DNA of 64,000 bases from an uncultured delta proteobacterium (GCA_963794325.1 CAWCDG010000002.1:64001-128000), one strand, 5' to 3'. Counted from the stretch's first letter, positions 10,292 to 20,803 are shown. A program made the numbers and translations. The notes: generated from the sequence alone by a model not told the origin.

Positions 10292-10315
10292 GGCGGGCAC
10301 GGCGGCCCGCCCCAC
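10292..10315. repeat. Short REP-like palindrome
   Basis: GGCGGGC-acggcg-GCCCGCC followed by CCAC (GTGG on the minus strand). Confidence 0.45.
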
Positions 10316-10389
10316 TAGTGACGCTTGAGTGAGCCCTTCGATACTAGCAAAATCGAGCCCGTGTTTTTCGATAGTCGCGGTGCCGCGGT

Positions 10390-11250
10390 TTGAAGCGCCT
10401 CATCGTCAACGCCGACGACTTCGGCTTGTCGCCCGAGGTCAACGCCGGCATCATGCGGGCGCATCGAAACGGGATCCTGCGCAGTGCGAGCCTGATGGTT
10501 GCGGAGCCGGCCGCGCGCGCTGCCGCTGGACTTGCGCGCGACAATCCCGATCTCGACGTCGGGCTGCATGCGGTCGTATGCCGGGGACGCAGCCTCCTCG
10601 ACGGTGCGCGGCTCGGCGCCGCGATTGGACCGTCGGGTCAGTTCATCGACAGTCCCGTCGCCGCGGGCATGCGATATTTTTTCGATCGCTCGCTCCGCGC
10701 CGCGATGACTGACGAACTGCGCGCGCAAGTCGAGCGGCATCTCGAGCTCGTCGGCTATCTCAATCATATCGACGGCCATCTTAACTTCCACGTCCATCCG
10801 CTGTTCGCCGATATTCTCGTGAATCTCGCCGTCGAATACAAAGTGCCCTGCATCAGGCTCCCCCGCGAGCGCGTGATGACGACGCTGCGTCTGCGCCATG
10901 ACAACGCGGCCCGCAAGCTGGTCGAGTCCGCGATCTTTCGCACGTTGTCGCGGCGAACGCTCCGCCTGATGACGGAGCGCGGCCTCACCTCGACCGACGC
11001 GCTGTTCGGACTCCATCAGAGCGGCAATCTGAGCGAGGACTATGTGGTTGGCGTGATCGATAGAATCCGCGATGGCACGACCGAGCTGTATTTCCACCCG
11101 GCGGCCGATATCGGCGGTATTCCGCCCTCCGCCGCAGCGCAGCTCGAAGTCGAGATACTCACCAGCCCGCGCGTCCGCAATGCGATCGTTCGAAATGGCA
11201 TCGAACTGATCACGTTCGCCGATCTCGCGAAGGACAAACTTGCCGCTTGA
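10390..11250 (+). CDS. hpnK: Hopanoid biosynthesis-associated protein HpnK (ChbG/YdjC deacetylase family)
   Basis: LIVNADDFG, VGLH, HIDGHLNFHVHP, TELYFHP. Confidence 0.88.
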   Translation: MKRLIVNADDFGLSPEVNAGIMRAHRNGILRSASLMVAEPAARAAAGLARDNPDLDVGLHAVVCRGRSLLDGARLGAAIGPSGQFIDSPVAAGMRYFFDRSLRAAMTDELRAQVERHLELVGYLNHIDGHLNFHVHPLFADILVNLAVEYKVPCIRLPRERVMTTLRLRHDNAARKLVESAIFRTLSRRTLRLMTERGLTSTDALFGLHQSGNLSEDYVVGVIDRIRDGTTELYFHPAADIGGIPPSAAAQLEVEILTSPRVRNAIVRNGIELITFADLAKDKLAA

Positions 11251-11313
11251 TTCAACTTTGCATCTGGCGTTGCCTGTGATTCGCCGGAACGTCCCAGGCA
11301 GGAGACCAGCTTC

Positions 11314-11829
11314 ATGGCGGACATAAAGGTTCGGCCCGCGACGCGCGACGACCTGCCGCGCCTGACCGAAATTTACAACTATTACGTCATCAACACCCCC
11401 ATCACGTTCGACCTCGAGCCGGTGACCGTCGAGCAGCGAGTCCGATGGTTCAACGAGCACACCGCAGGCAAGCGGCATCAATTGTTCGTCGCGGAAGATG
11501 GCGGCCTCGTAGTCGGTTGGGCGGGCGCCGGGCCGTTTCGCGACCGGGCGGCGTACGACACGAGCGTCGAGACGTCCATTTATTGCGCGAACGATATGAA
11601 GGGGCGCGGAATCGGCGCGACGATGTATCGCGTGCTGCTTGACGCGCTCAAGAACGAGGACATCAATCGAGTGCTGGCCGGGATCACGATTCCCAACGAG
11701 GCGTCGATCAAACTGCATCGCAAGTTCGGCTTCACCGATGTCGGCGTCTTCACCGAATGCGGACGCAAATTTAACCGCTACTGGGACGTCGTGTGGATGG
11801 AGCGTCCGCTCCGGCTCGCCGGCGAATGA
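11314..11829 (+). CDS. GNAT N-acetyltransferase (phosphinothricin acetyltransferase/YncA-like)
   Basis: IYNYYV...TFDLEP, SIY...GRGIG, NEASIKLHRKFGF. Confidence 0.9.
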   Translation: MADIKVRPATRDDLPRLTEIYNYYVINTPITFDLEPVTVEQRVRWFNEHTAGKRHQLFVAEDGGLVVGWAGAGPFRDRAAYDTSVETSIYCANDMKGRGIGATMYRVLLDALKNEDINRVLAGITIPNEASIKLHRKFGFTDVGVFTECGRKFNRYWDVVWMERPLRLAGE

Positions 11830-11926
11830 ATTGCTCGCGAACCGACGCGGTTTGAACTAGGCTGGACACATGCCGGGTGCATGCCCTGCGCGACTCATAT
11901 TCGACTGCATATAAGGAAGAGATCAG

Positions 11927-14494
11927 ATGCGCGACCAGGATGGAGCTCCTCTCGCTGATAGTTCGCAGGATTATCGGCTGCCAAAAAACGTCACGCCCAG
12001 GCGCTACGACATCCGGCTGACCCCGGATCTCAAAGCGTTCACGTTTCAGGGCGAAGTGAATGTCGGCGTCATCGTCAACGAACCGACCGACGACGTCGTG
12101 CTGAACGCGCTCGAACTGGAAATCGACAAGGTGACCGCGGAGCGAGGCGGAAAATCGCTCGCCGCGAAAGCCGAGCTGGAACCGGCTAAGGAACGTGCGC
12201 ATCTTCGATTCGCGGAGAAACTCTCCGCGGGCGAATGGACGTTGAAGATCGCGTTTCGCGGAATTCTCAACGACAAGCTCCACGGCTTTTACCGCAGCCA
12301 GTACCAGGATGCGTCCGGCAAGACTCACGTCGCCGCGACGACTCAGTTCGAATCCACTGACGCGCGCCGCGCGTTTCCGTGCTGGGACGAGCCGGAACTC
12401 AAGGCGAGTTACAAGGTGACGCTGGTCGTCGACGAGAGCCTGGCGGCCATCTCGAATGGCGGTCAGCAGAGCGAGCGTAAGCTGCCCGGCGGCAAGAAGG
12501 AGGTCGTCTTCAAGGAGACGATCCCGATGTCCACCTACCTCGTCGCGTTTATCGTCGGCGAATTCGATGCGACTGCGCCGGTCGATGCGGGCACGCCGCT
12601 GCGCATCGTTCACGTCCCCCGCAAAGAGTCGCTGACCAATTGGGCCAAGCAGATTGGCGCGTTCTCGCTGAAATATTTCGCCGGCTACTACGGCCTCAAG
12701 TACCCCGGCGACAAGCTCGACCTGATCGCGATTCCCGACTTCGCCTCTGGCGCGATGGAAAATCTCGGCGCGATCACATTCCGCGAGACCGCTTTGCTCG
12801 CCGATGAGAAAACCGCCTCCCGCGCCGAGCTCGAACGCGTCGCCGACGTGGTCTCGCATGAAAACGCGCATATGTGGTTCGGCGATCTCGTGACCATGCG
12901 ATGGTGGAACGGTATCTGGCTCAACGAGGCCTTCGCCACCTTCATGGAGATGCTCGCAGTCGACGCGTGGAAGCCCGAGTGGAAACGATGGGAGAGCTTC
13001 AGTGTCTCACGCGCGGCGGCGATGTCGATTGACGGGCTGCGCAGCACTCGGCCGATCGAGTACGAGGTGCGGAGCCCGGAAGATTGCCGCGCGATGTTCG
13101 ACATCCTGACTTATGAGAAGGGCGCGGCGGTGCTGCGGATGCTCGAACAGTATTTGAGCGACAACGTTTTTCGCGACGGCATCCGCCTCTATCTGAAGAA
13201 GCATCAGTTCAACAACACCGAGACCAGCGATTTGTGGGACGCGCTCGAAAGCGCGTCGCGCGAGCCCGTGCGCAAGATGATGGACTCGTGGATCTTCCAG
13301 CCCGGTTTTCCGATTGTCGACGTGTCGCCGGCTGCTGACGGCCGCGGGCTCAAGCTTTCGCAGCGACGCTTTTTCTATCTGGTCGAAGACAACGATCAGC
13401 TTTGGCATGTGCCCGTGATGGTTCGCGCGAAGACCGACAAGGGTATCTCGACCCATAAGGTGCTGCTCACGACCCGCGAAACGACCGTCGATGTCGGCGG
13501 TAAACTCGAATGGGCGCTGCTCAACGAAGGCGGCCACGGCTTCTATCGCGTGCACTACGCGCCGGCTCTGCTCGCGGCGATCACGAAGAACCTTGGCGCG
13601 TTGCAACCGATCGAACGCTTCGGATTGGTGAGCGATACCTGGGCGGCGACCGTCGCGGGCCTCGGTCCGCTGAGCGAGTTCCTCAAGATGGCGCGACTAT
13701 GCACCGACGAGACCGACATCAATGTGTGGCGCGCGTTGATCGGCGGGTTCGCCTACCTGGATATGATTGCGTCCGACGCGGACCGTCCCGCGCTCGCGGC
13801 CACCGTGCGCGAGATCGTCGGTCCTGCCGCCGCGCGTCTCGGATGGGAGCCAAAGCCCGGCGAGAGTGAGCTGGTGCGCCAGTTGCGCGGAACGTTGATT
13901 GGCGCGCTCGGCACGCTCGGCGATGATCACGAAGTTCAGAAACGCGCGCGTGATCTTTACGCGCGCTTTGAAGACAATCCCGAATCCGCGGATCGCGACC
14001 TGATGCCCGCGCTGGTGAACATCCTCGCGTACTCCGGAGACGCCGCTCGCTACGAAGAGTTCAAGCGCAAGTTCAAAGCGCCGCGTACGCCGCAGGAAGA
14101 GCAGCGCTATCTGTTTGCGCTGGCAAACTTCCGCGATCGCGAGCTGCTCGGAAAAACCATGGAGATGACGCTCGACGGCCAGGTGCGGACGCAGAACGCG
14201 CCGTACCTGATGCATTCGCTGCTGCTCAATCCCGCGAGCCGCTACGAGGCGTGGGACTTTGCGCGCGCGCATTGGGACGAGATGATTCAAAAATATCCCG
14301 ACAACGCGCTGCCGCGAATGTGCGAAGCAGTTGTCGCGCTGCTCGATCGCGAGGACGAGGTGAAGAAGTTCTTCGCCGAGCATCGCGTGCGCCTCGGCGG
14401 CAAGATAATCGACCAACACCTCGAACGCCTCAGCGTCGCGGTCGGATTTCGGAAACGCGAAGGCAAAAATCTGCAGGCGACTCTCAAAGCATAA
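11927..14494 (+). CDS. M1 family aminopeptidase with ERAP1-like C-terminal domain
   Basis: GAMEN motif, HENAH-x18-E zinc motif, TQFESTDARRAFPCWDEP, YEKGAAVLRML. Confidence 0.95.
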   Translation: MRDQDGAPLADSSQDYRLPKNVTPRRYDIRLTPDLKAFTFQGEVNVGVIVNEPTDDVVLNALELEIDKVTAERGGKSLAAKAELEPAKERAHLRFAEKLSAGEWTLKIAFRGILNDKLHGFYRSQYQDASGKTHVAATTQFESTDARRAFPCWDEPELKASYKVTLVVDESLAAISNGGQQSERKLPGGKKEVVFKETIPMSTYLVAFIVGEFDATAPVDAGTPLRIVHVPRKESLTNWAKQIGAFSLKYFAGYYGLKYPGDKLDLIAIPDFASGAMENLGAITFRETALLADEKTASRAELERVADVVSHENAHMWFGDLVTMRWWNGIWLNEAFATFMEMLAVDAWKPEWKRWESFSVSRAAAMSIDGLRSTRPIEYEVRSPEDCRAMFDILTYEKGAAVLRMLEQYLSDNVFRDGIRLYLKKHQFNNTETSDLWDALESASREPVRKMMDSWIFQPGFPIVDVSPAADGRGLKLSQRRFFYLVEDNDQLWHVPVMVRAKTDKGISTHKVLLTTRETTVDVGGKLEWALLNEGGHGFYRVHYAPALLAAITKNLGALQPIERFGLVSDTWAATVAGLGPLSEFLKMARLCTDETDINVWRALIGGFAYLDMIASDADRPALAATVREIVGPAAARLGWEPKPGESELVRQLRGTLIGALGTLGDDHEVQKRARDLYARFEDNPESADRDLMPALVNILAYSGDAARYEEFKRKFKAPRTPQEEQRYLFALANFRDRELLGKTMEMTLDGQVRTQNAPYLMHSLLLNPASRYEAWDFARAHWDEMIQKYPDNALPRMCEAVVALLDREDEVKKFFAEHRVRLGGKIIDQHLERLSVAVGFRKREGKNLQATLKA

Positions 14495-14511
14495 AGTGGG
14501 AGGACGATGCG

Positions 14512-15681
14512 ATGACAACTGAATCGAAGCCGGCTGCCGCTACGATCATTCACGACGACCAGCCGTTGCATTTCGAAGGCGCGGTTGCAGAATCGAATGC
14601 GCTCTGGCTGGACGCGGCGGAGCTGAAACGGCTCGCGGGATGGGAACTCAAGCCGGAAGGAATCTGCCGTGGCGATTTATGCGTACCGATCCCGCCGGGA
14701 CGCGAGAGCGAATTCGCCTCGAAGCGTGACGGTGCGACCTGGCTCAACTTCAGCGCGCTGGCCGACCAGATGGGCAAGCCGTGGGCCGGCGATCAAAAAA
14801 ATCGCGCGTGGTACTTCGGAACCGACGAGGCAGATCGCGGCAACGCGCTGCGAACGCTCGAGGCTCCCGATTTCGAGCTGCCCGACCTCGACGGCAAGCT
14901 GCATCGCCTTTCCGACTATCGCGGCCAGAAAGTATTTTTACTGGCCTGGGCTTCGTGGTGAGGATGCTCCCTTGACCTGCCCGGGTGGCAGGCGCTGTAC
15001 AACGAACTCAAGGATCTAAATTTCACGATCGTCACAGTCGCGTTTGACACCGGCGGCGCCGCGGCGGCCGGCCCGTTCATCAAAGCCGGCCAGCCCGCGC
15101 ATCCCTCGCTGATCGACACGCGCCACGTAGTCGCCGAACTCTACAACATGGTCAACGTGCCGACCGCCGTCTGGATCGACGAATCGGGAACGATCGTTCG
15201 TCCCAACGAAGTAGCGTATGCGCTCGACACGTTCCGCGCGATTACAGGGATCGATTCGGCGCGATATCTCGACGCGGTGCGTGACTGGGCGAAGAACGGC
15301 GCGAACAGCCGTTACGTCATGAAGCCCGATGAGGTGAAACGCAAGCTCAAGCTTCCGACCCGCGAGCATGCGCAAGCTGCCGCATACTTTCGGCTCGCCG
15401 AATATCTGTGCGAGACCGGGCACGCGCCCGACGCGGTGCCGTATTTCAAGGAAGCGCGGCGCCTGCACCCCGAGAGCTGGACGATCACGCGCCAGGCATT
15501 CGCGATGGGCGATCCGGAGCGCGACTACGGCACGACGTTCGTCAACGAAGTCGGCAAGCTGCGCGGCAAGCTCTACTATGACCTGCTCGATCTCGACGGC
15601 TCCGGCAGCAACCCGGAGCAAGAGAAGGTCGCGAAGGAAGGCGCCGAGCGCCTGCGCAAATTGGTCGAGGGCCGCAGCTAG
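14512..15681 (+). CDS. Probable selenoprotein: TlpA/ResA/AhpC-TSA thioredoxin-fold protein with WASW-U-GC motif (UGA 14959-14961 = residue 150 of 389)
   Basis: ORF-track pieces ending 14961 and starting 15148 share a frame; read-through gives APDFELPDLDGKLHRLSDYRGQKVFLLAWASW*GCSLDLPGWQALYNELKDLNFTIVTVAFD, a continuous redoxin fold. Confidence 0.85.
14962..14992 (+). promoter_or_regulatory. Candidate bacterial SECIS hairpin
   Basis: CCTGCC (14976-14981), loop CGGGT, GGCAGG (14987-14992), 14 nt after the in-frame UGA. Confidence 0.6.
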
Positions 15682-15726
15682 TCGGCGTTATGTCGAATAG
15701 TTCGCTCAGTACTTCCTATCCACACT

Positions 15727-16791
15727 TCACGGAGTAGGAGTCCGATGGCCGTGTGGTTTTTTATGAGGAGCTGGGGTTGGCGTAGGTGTAGCGGTAGGAG
15801 TAGCAGTCGCTGAGGGAGTCGACGTGCCGGCCGGACCAATACCCGCTGCTTCGTCGGCCTTTTCCTGCTTGGCCGCCGCTGCCCCGCTGAGTTCCTTCAA
15901 TCCACCTTCAATAGAGCAAACTCGATCATAGCTTGTGATATCAGATAGCACTTCCGCCATATCAAGGTAGGGACGGGCCCTATATCCTTCGTAGTGGTCG
16001 GTTGCTGGAATATCGCATTCTTGGGAGGGACGATCGTCAGTCACGCAAAGGCGAGCATAGATCTCGGCGCGGCGCTGCTTTCGGGCTGCCGAGATCCCGG
16101 TTTCCATAATATCGAAACTCTTGCTGGCGTAGTAGTTAGCGTCAAATGCCGCAGTTCCTCCTGTAATTGCACTGTTGCCGGCCTGCAAGGAGGTTGGCAC
16201 TAGAAGCGGTATACCAGCCGCGGGAGTGAGCACTGTTCCGGCGGCAGACAGGATTGAACTGAAGACGCTGGAGAAAAACCCGGTGTTTGTTTTGGCGGCA
16301 AATGCTCGCGCGAGAAAATTATCGCAATTGTAGTCGGACGCTGCTAGCAATATATGAGTGTCCTCTATGAGTTCTACAGGATTTCTTTCAGGTTTGTCTG
16401 GAGGAGAGGTTCCTATGTCGACGTCAGCGGTTACCGCCTGGGAGTCGATCTTTCCATACACATTCAGTGGTAGAGTAGATGGATCGACGGTCACGTAAAT
16501 GCATTCGTCTCCGCTTGGAGTCGTTCCAGTAAAAAAGGCGCCGATGCTGTCATAGATCGTTGAGTTCCAAGACCGCCATTCTGCGCACCGGAACTGCATG
16601 CCATTCAGCGACTTGGACATTCCTACGTTCCTACCCCCGCCCTTGAACATTCCATACATACTAGATCGCGTAAAAACGTTTCCGGGAATCGGAACGCTGG
16701 CAACCGGTTCCGGACGCAGGCGTGGCTCGCTAAACGTGCATGCCGAAAACATGACTACAGCTAAGCTGACGCACAATCGCCGGTATTGCAT
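15727..16791 (-). CDS. Hypothetical lipoprotein with Pro/Thr-rich, His/Lys-rich C-terminal tail
   Basis: 354-aa ORF, lipobox-like VMFSAC, tail TPSATATPTATPTPTPAPHKKPHGHR; lower GC than flanks. Confidence 0.65.
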   Translation of the reverse strand: MQYRRLCVSLAVVMFSACTFSEPRLRPEPVASVPIPGNVFTRSSMYGMFKGGGRNVGMSKSLNGMQFRCAEWRSWNSTIYDSIGAFFTGTTPSGDECIYVTVDPSTLPLNVYGKIDSQAVTADVDIGTSPPDKPERNPVELIEDTHILLAASDYNCDNFLARAFAAKTNTGFFSSVFSSILSAAGTVLTPAAGIPLLVPTSLQAGNSAITGGTAAFDANYYASKSFDIMETGISAARKQRRAEIYARLCVTDDRPSQECDIPATDHYEGYRARPYLDMAEVLSDITSYDRVCSIEGGLKELSGAAAAKQEKADEAAGIGPAGTSTPSATATPTATPTPTPAPHKKPHGHRTPTP

Positions 16792-16923
16792 GATGCCCCC
16801 CTACGTTGTTGACTGGCCGTCTTAGCAAAGATCCTCGCCGTAACTCAAGCGCCGGGAAGTGTTACCTATGCAGCCATGAAGAGAGTTCCAGGCTAACTCT
16901 CTGGTAACGTAGATGGGATTGCT

Positions 16924-17640
16924 ATGGCGCAGGCAAAGATACTGATTGGCACGTCTGGCTTTTCGTATAAGGAATGGCTCGGCGGCTTCTACCCGGAGAA
17001 ACTTCCCGGCGCGAAGATGCTCGAGTACTACGCCGAGCGGATGCCGACCGTCGAAATCAACTACACCTTTCGCCAGATGCCGAAGTCCGCGATGCTCGAA
17101 GGATGGGCCGCGCGAACGCCGCCGAATTTTCGCTTCGCACTGAAGGCTCCTCAGCGCATTACCCACTTCGCCAAGCTGCGCGACGTCAAAGAGACGACCG
17201 ACACTTTCATCGAGCGCGCGTCCGTCATGGGCGAGCGACTGGCGCCCGTGCTGTTCCAGCTCCCGCCCGACTTGAAGCTGGATCTGCCGCTGCTCATCGA
17301 TTTTCTGGCGATTCTAAAAGGCAGGATTCGCGCCGCATTCGAATTCAGAAATCGCAGCTGGTTCGACGATTCCGTGATCACCGCTCTTGCGGACAACGGC
17401 ATCGCGCTATGTATCGCGGAAACGGAGAAGCTCGCGTCGCCACTCGAGCGGACCGCGCCGTACGTCTATGTTCGATTGCGCAAGGAGACCTACGACGACG
17501 CCGGCCTCGACGAATGGGTGAAAAATCTCGATCGATTGGCGTCGGATGGGGCCAAAGAAATTTTCGTATATTTCAAACACGAGACCTCGGCGCCCGACCT
17601 CGCGTCCCGCCTGCGCGGAAAGCTCGACCGCCCCGCGTAG
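16924..17640 (+). CDS. DUF72 (YecE family) protein
   Basis: IGTSGFSYKEW, VEINYTF, FALKAPQRITH, LFQLPP, EFRNRSW. Confidence 0.9.
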   Translation: MAQAKILIGTSGFSYKEWLGGFYPEKLPGAKMLEYYAERMPTVEINYTFRQMPKSAMLEGWAARTPPNFRFALKAPQRITHFAKLRDVKETTDTFIERASVMGERLAPVLFQLPPDLKLDLPLLIDFLAILKGRIRAAFEFRNRSWFDDSVITALADNGIALCIAETEKLASPLERTAPYVYVRLRKETYDDAGLDEWVKNLDRLASDGAKEIFVYFKHETSAPDLASRLRGKLDRPA

Positions 17641-17694
17641 ATCGCGCAGCGGTCCTTTGCCTCGCCCGTTCGCTCCCCATAATCTTCCAGACTT

Positions 17695-18627
17695 ATGGCA
17701 ATCGAATATCGCGCGTTGGGAAAGACCGGTCTTCGAGTCAGTACTCTCGGCTTTGGCGGGTCTGAGGTTGGCTATCAGGCGGTTGCGCAAAAGACCGTCG
17801 ATAAAATTCTGAACACGGCGCTCGACGCCGGCATCAACGTGATCGACACCGCCGAATGTTATGCCGATGGCGAGGCTCTCATCGGCAAGGCGATTTCCAA
17901 GCGTCGCGCCGAAGTCGTGCTCATGACGAAGTGCGGGCACGCGCCGCTCGGGTCTGCGTCCGAGCGCGCCGCCGGTTACGCGCAGCCGGATTGGAATCCC
18001 GCGATGCTCGCGCGGAGCATCGAGCGCAGCCTCAAGAATCTGCGCACCGACCATGTCGATGTGATGCAGTTCCACAGCCCGCCGCTCGAGACGCTCAAGG
18101 ATGGCCGCGTTATCGAGGTCCTGCACAAGGCGCGCGAGCGCGGGCAGGCGCGTTTCGTAGGATGCAGCGCTGACGCCGATGAAGCGGTGTACGCGGTTGA
18201 AAGCGGCGCGTTCGACACTCTGCAGATCTCCTTGAGCATCGCGGATCAGGAAGCGATCGACCGCGTGCTCCCGAAGGCCGCCGCGCGCGGGATGGGCGTA
18301 ATCGTCAAGCGTCCAATCGCCAACGCGGCGTGGCGTCATGGCAAACAGCCGCCCACCGACTGGTATACGCGGCCCTATTGGGATCGCCTGCAGATGCTCG
18401 ACTACGATTTTCTCCATCGCAGCGTGGAGGAGGCGGTCGCAATCGCACTGCGATTCACACTTGGCACCGCAGGCGTGACGACCGCGATCGTCGGCACGAC
18501 GCGGCCCGAACGCATCGAGCAAAATATCGCGCACGGAAATGCAGGACCGTTGTCGCCGCCGGACTACGAAGCGATACGCGCTCGATGGCGCTCGGTCGCG
18601 CCTTCCGACTGGACCGGCCAGCGCTAG
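17695..18627 (+). CDS. Aldo/keto reductase
   Basis: LGKTGLRVS, IDTAECYADG, TK, SLKNLRTDHVDVMQFH. Confidence 0.92.
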   Translation: MAIEYRALGKTGLRVSTLGFGGSEVGYQAVAQKTVDKILNTALDAGINVIDTAECYADGEALIGKAISKRRAEVVLMTKCGHAPLGSASERAAGYAQPDWNPAMLARSIERSLKNLRTDHVDVMQFHSPPLETLKDGRVIEVLHKARERGQARFVGCSADADEAVYAVESGAFDTLQISLSIADQEAIDRVLPKAAARGMGVIVKRPIANAAWRHGKQPPTDWYTRPYWDRLQMLDYDFLHRSVEEAVAIALRFTLGTAGVTTAIVGTTRPERIEQNIAHGNAGPLSPPDYEAIRARWRSVAPSDWTGQR

Positions 18628-19017
18628 CGGGGCATGCGGCGGGCGGTACTCAGATGTGTCCCGGTTTCGCCGTCGAGCGAGGTGCCGCTAATACCCGCCT
18701 CGCCCATCAGCAGTTCCGCGATTGTGACCATCGCAATCAATGCGACCATCGAGAGCCACGCAAATACGTAGCAGAGTGAGGCGGCGCTTTTTCTTATGCG
18801 TAGCAGGTTCGTATCTCTCTCAAGAACCAAGTAACTCGAAGCTGACAGCTTGACCAGTCTACGACAACAAATTGTTGACAGAAGTGTTACGAGCAGAACA
18901 AATGAGCCGTCGATTCGGATGCGTCTGACGAGCAGCGTCGATTTGAAGTCCGCACGCCTGGACTTTGTCCCTGTTAGAACTGGCTAAGCAGAGGTGGCCG
19001 ATCCTCTACCTGCGATT

Positions 19018-19056
19018 GTTCCCCTTCCCTCGAGGGAAGGGGTTAGGGGTTAGGTT
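19018..19056 (-). repeat. REP-like palindrome with CCCTAA-type tail (family also at 53461, 54812, 57898, 58511, 58606, 58668)
   Basis: CCCCTTCCC-tcga-GGGAAGGGG-TTAGGGGTTAGGTT. Confidence 0.75.
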
Positions 19057-19097
19057 GCTCGCAGAATTTCACTATCTTCATTGTCGAGGAATCACAC

Positions 19098-19964
19098 ATG
19101 GAAATCGGATGGATCGGAACCGGAATAATGGGCGCGCCGATGGCGCGGCGACTGATTGCCGGAGGCCATCGCGTGCGCGTCTACAATCGCTCGCCTGAGA
19201 AGGCGCGCGCGTTGACCTCCGACGGCGCGATTGTCTCCGCAGACGCCGCGGCATGCGTCGCCGGCACCGAGGTCGTCTTCATCATGGTGCCCGACACCCC
19301 GGACGTCGAGGCGACCGTCGCGAAGATCGAGCCGGCGCTCAAAGCGGGGCAGCTCCTCATCGACATGAGCACTATCGCGCCCGCCGCCGAGCGCACGATC
19401 GCCGCGCGGCTGAAGGCGTCCGGCGTCGATTACCTCGATGCGCCGGTCTCTGGCGGCGACATCGGCGCTCGCGACGGCACGCTCGCGATAATGGTCGGCG
19501 GCGATGCGGCCGCATTCGAGCGCGCGCGTCCGCTGTTCGAGCTGCTCGGAAAAAGAATCACCCACATAGGCCCGTCAGGCGCCGGCCAGATGACCAAGCT
19601 TGCGAATCAAATCGCGGTCGCGATCAATCTCGAGGCAGCGGCCGAGGCGATCAAGTTCGCGCAAGGCGGTGGCCTGGACGCGTCGCGAGTGGTCGAAGCG
19701 ATCGGCGCTGGCGCGGCTGGGTCGTGGCAGTTGTCGAACCTTGGTCCGAAGATAATAGCTGGCGACTACCGGCCCGGCTTCTTCATCAAGCTGATTCGCA
19801 AGGACCTTCGACTGGTGATCGATGCGGCCCGCGAATCGGGACTCGCGCTGCCCGGACTCTCGCTGATGGCCTCGATGTTCAACTCGGCAGCCGTGCTTGG
19901 TCACGACCTCGACGGAACCCAGGCGGTCGCGGCGGCACTCGACAGATTGGCGGACGTGAAGTAG
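19098..19964 (+). CDS. NAD-dependent beta-hydroxyacid dehydrogenase (3-hydroxyisobutyrate DH / tartronate semialdehyde reductase family)
   Basis: IGTGIMGAPMA, DAPVSGG, GAGQMTKLANQ, KDL. Confidence 0.93.
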   Translation: MEIGWIGTGIMGAPMARRLIAGGHRVRVYNRSPEKARALTSDGAIVSADAAACVAGTEVVFIMVPDTPDVEATVAKIEPALKAGQLLIDMSTIAPAAERTIAARLKASGVDYLDAPVSGGDIGARDGTLAIMVGGDAAAFERARPLFELLGKRITHIGPSGAGQMTKLANQIAVAINLEAAAEAIKFAQGGGLDASRVVEAIGAGAAGSWQLSNLGPKIIAGDYRPGFFIKLIRKDLRLVIDAARESGLALPGLSLMASMFNSAAVLGHDLDGTQAVAAALDRLADVK

Positions 19965-19999
19965 TACCAGAGACGAACCTGGATTTTTGGAGGCCTAAA

Positions 20000-20803
20000 A
20001 TGGCAGACCTGCTGACCGAAGTTAAAGACCGCGTCCTCTACCTGACGCTCAACCGCCCCGACAAGCTCAACGCGATGAGCGCCGAGATGATGGGTGGGCT
20101 GGTCGACAACCTGTCGCGCGCCGCGACCAATCCCGAAATCGGCGCCGTCGTGCTGACCGGCGCGGGACGCGGATTCTGCTCGGGCGGAGATATCGGCGGG
20201 ATGCGCGAGCGCAACGAGAGCGGGAACAGTGGCGCGACGCAGACCATCGAGGATCGCGTCGCGGGACTGCGGCGCGGCGAAGAGGCGTCGTTGATGCTGC
20301 ACGAGATGTCGAAGGTGACGATCGCGGCGGTCAATGGCCCTGCGGCCGGCGCCGGCTTGAGTCTCGCGATGGCGTGCGACATCAGGATCGCATCCGACGC
20401 GGCGCGTTTCGCCACCGCGTTCGCCAAGGTCGGCTTCTCGGGCGACTACGGCGGGACCTGGTCGCTTACCCATCTGGTGGGATCGGCGAAGGCGCGCGAA
20501 TTGTATTTCCTCGCCGACGTGATCGGCGCTGACGAGGCGCTGCGAATCGGCCTCGCAAATCGCGTCGTGTCTGCCGCGTCATTCAAGGACGAGGTGCACA
20601 CGCTCGCGTCGCGAATCGCCAACGGTCCAACGATCGCGTACGGCTATATGAAGGCGAATCTCAATGCCGCGCTGAATCACGAGTTCAACGAGCTGCTCGA
20701 TCGCGAAGCATGGGGACAGACCATGACCGGTCGCACCGAGGACCATCGCGAGGCGGTGAAGGCGTTCCTCGAGAAGCGTCCCCCGACGTTCAAGGGGCGA
20801 TAG
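20000..20803 (+). CDS. Enoyl-CoA hydratase/isomerase family protein
   Basis: LTLNRPDKLNA, FCSGGD, AAVNGPAAGAG; GGAGG RBS before ATG 20000. Confidence 0.93.
   Translation: MADLLTEVKDRVLYLTLNRPDKLNAMSAEMMGGLVDNLSRAATNPEIGAVVLTGAGRGFCSGGDIGGMRERNESGNSGATQTIEDRVAGLRRGEEASLMLHEMSKVTIAAVNGPAAGAGLSLAMACDIRIASDAARFATAFAKVGFSGDYGGTWSLTHLVGSAKARELYFLADVIGADEALRIGLANRVVSAASFKDEVHTLASRIANGPTIAYGYMKANLNAALNHEFNELLDREAWGQTMTGRTEDHREAVKAFLEKRPPTFKGR

Noticed and set aside
18624-19010. 68-aa minus-strand ORF and AT-rich spacer
   Set aside because: Too short and featureless to call; possibly an insertion remnant
19253-20803. 516-aa ORF suggesting an extended enoyl-CoA hydratase
   Set aside because: The first half is an off-frame read of the dehydrogenase gene; an RBS and ATG lie at 20000. 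The same applies to the extensions of 38994-40838 and 43502-45055
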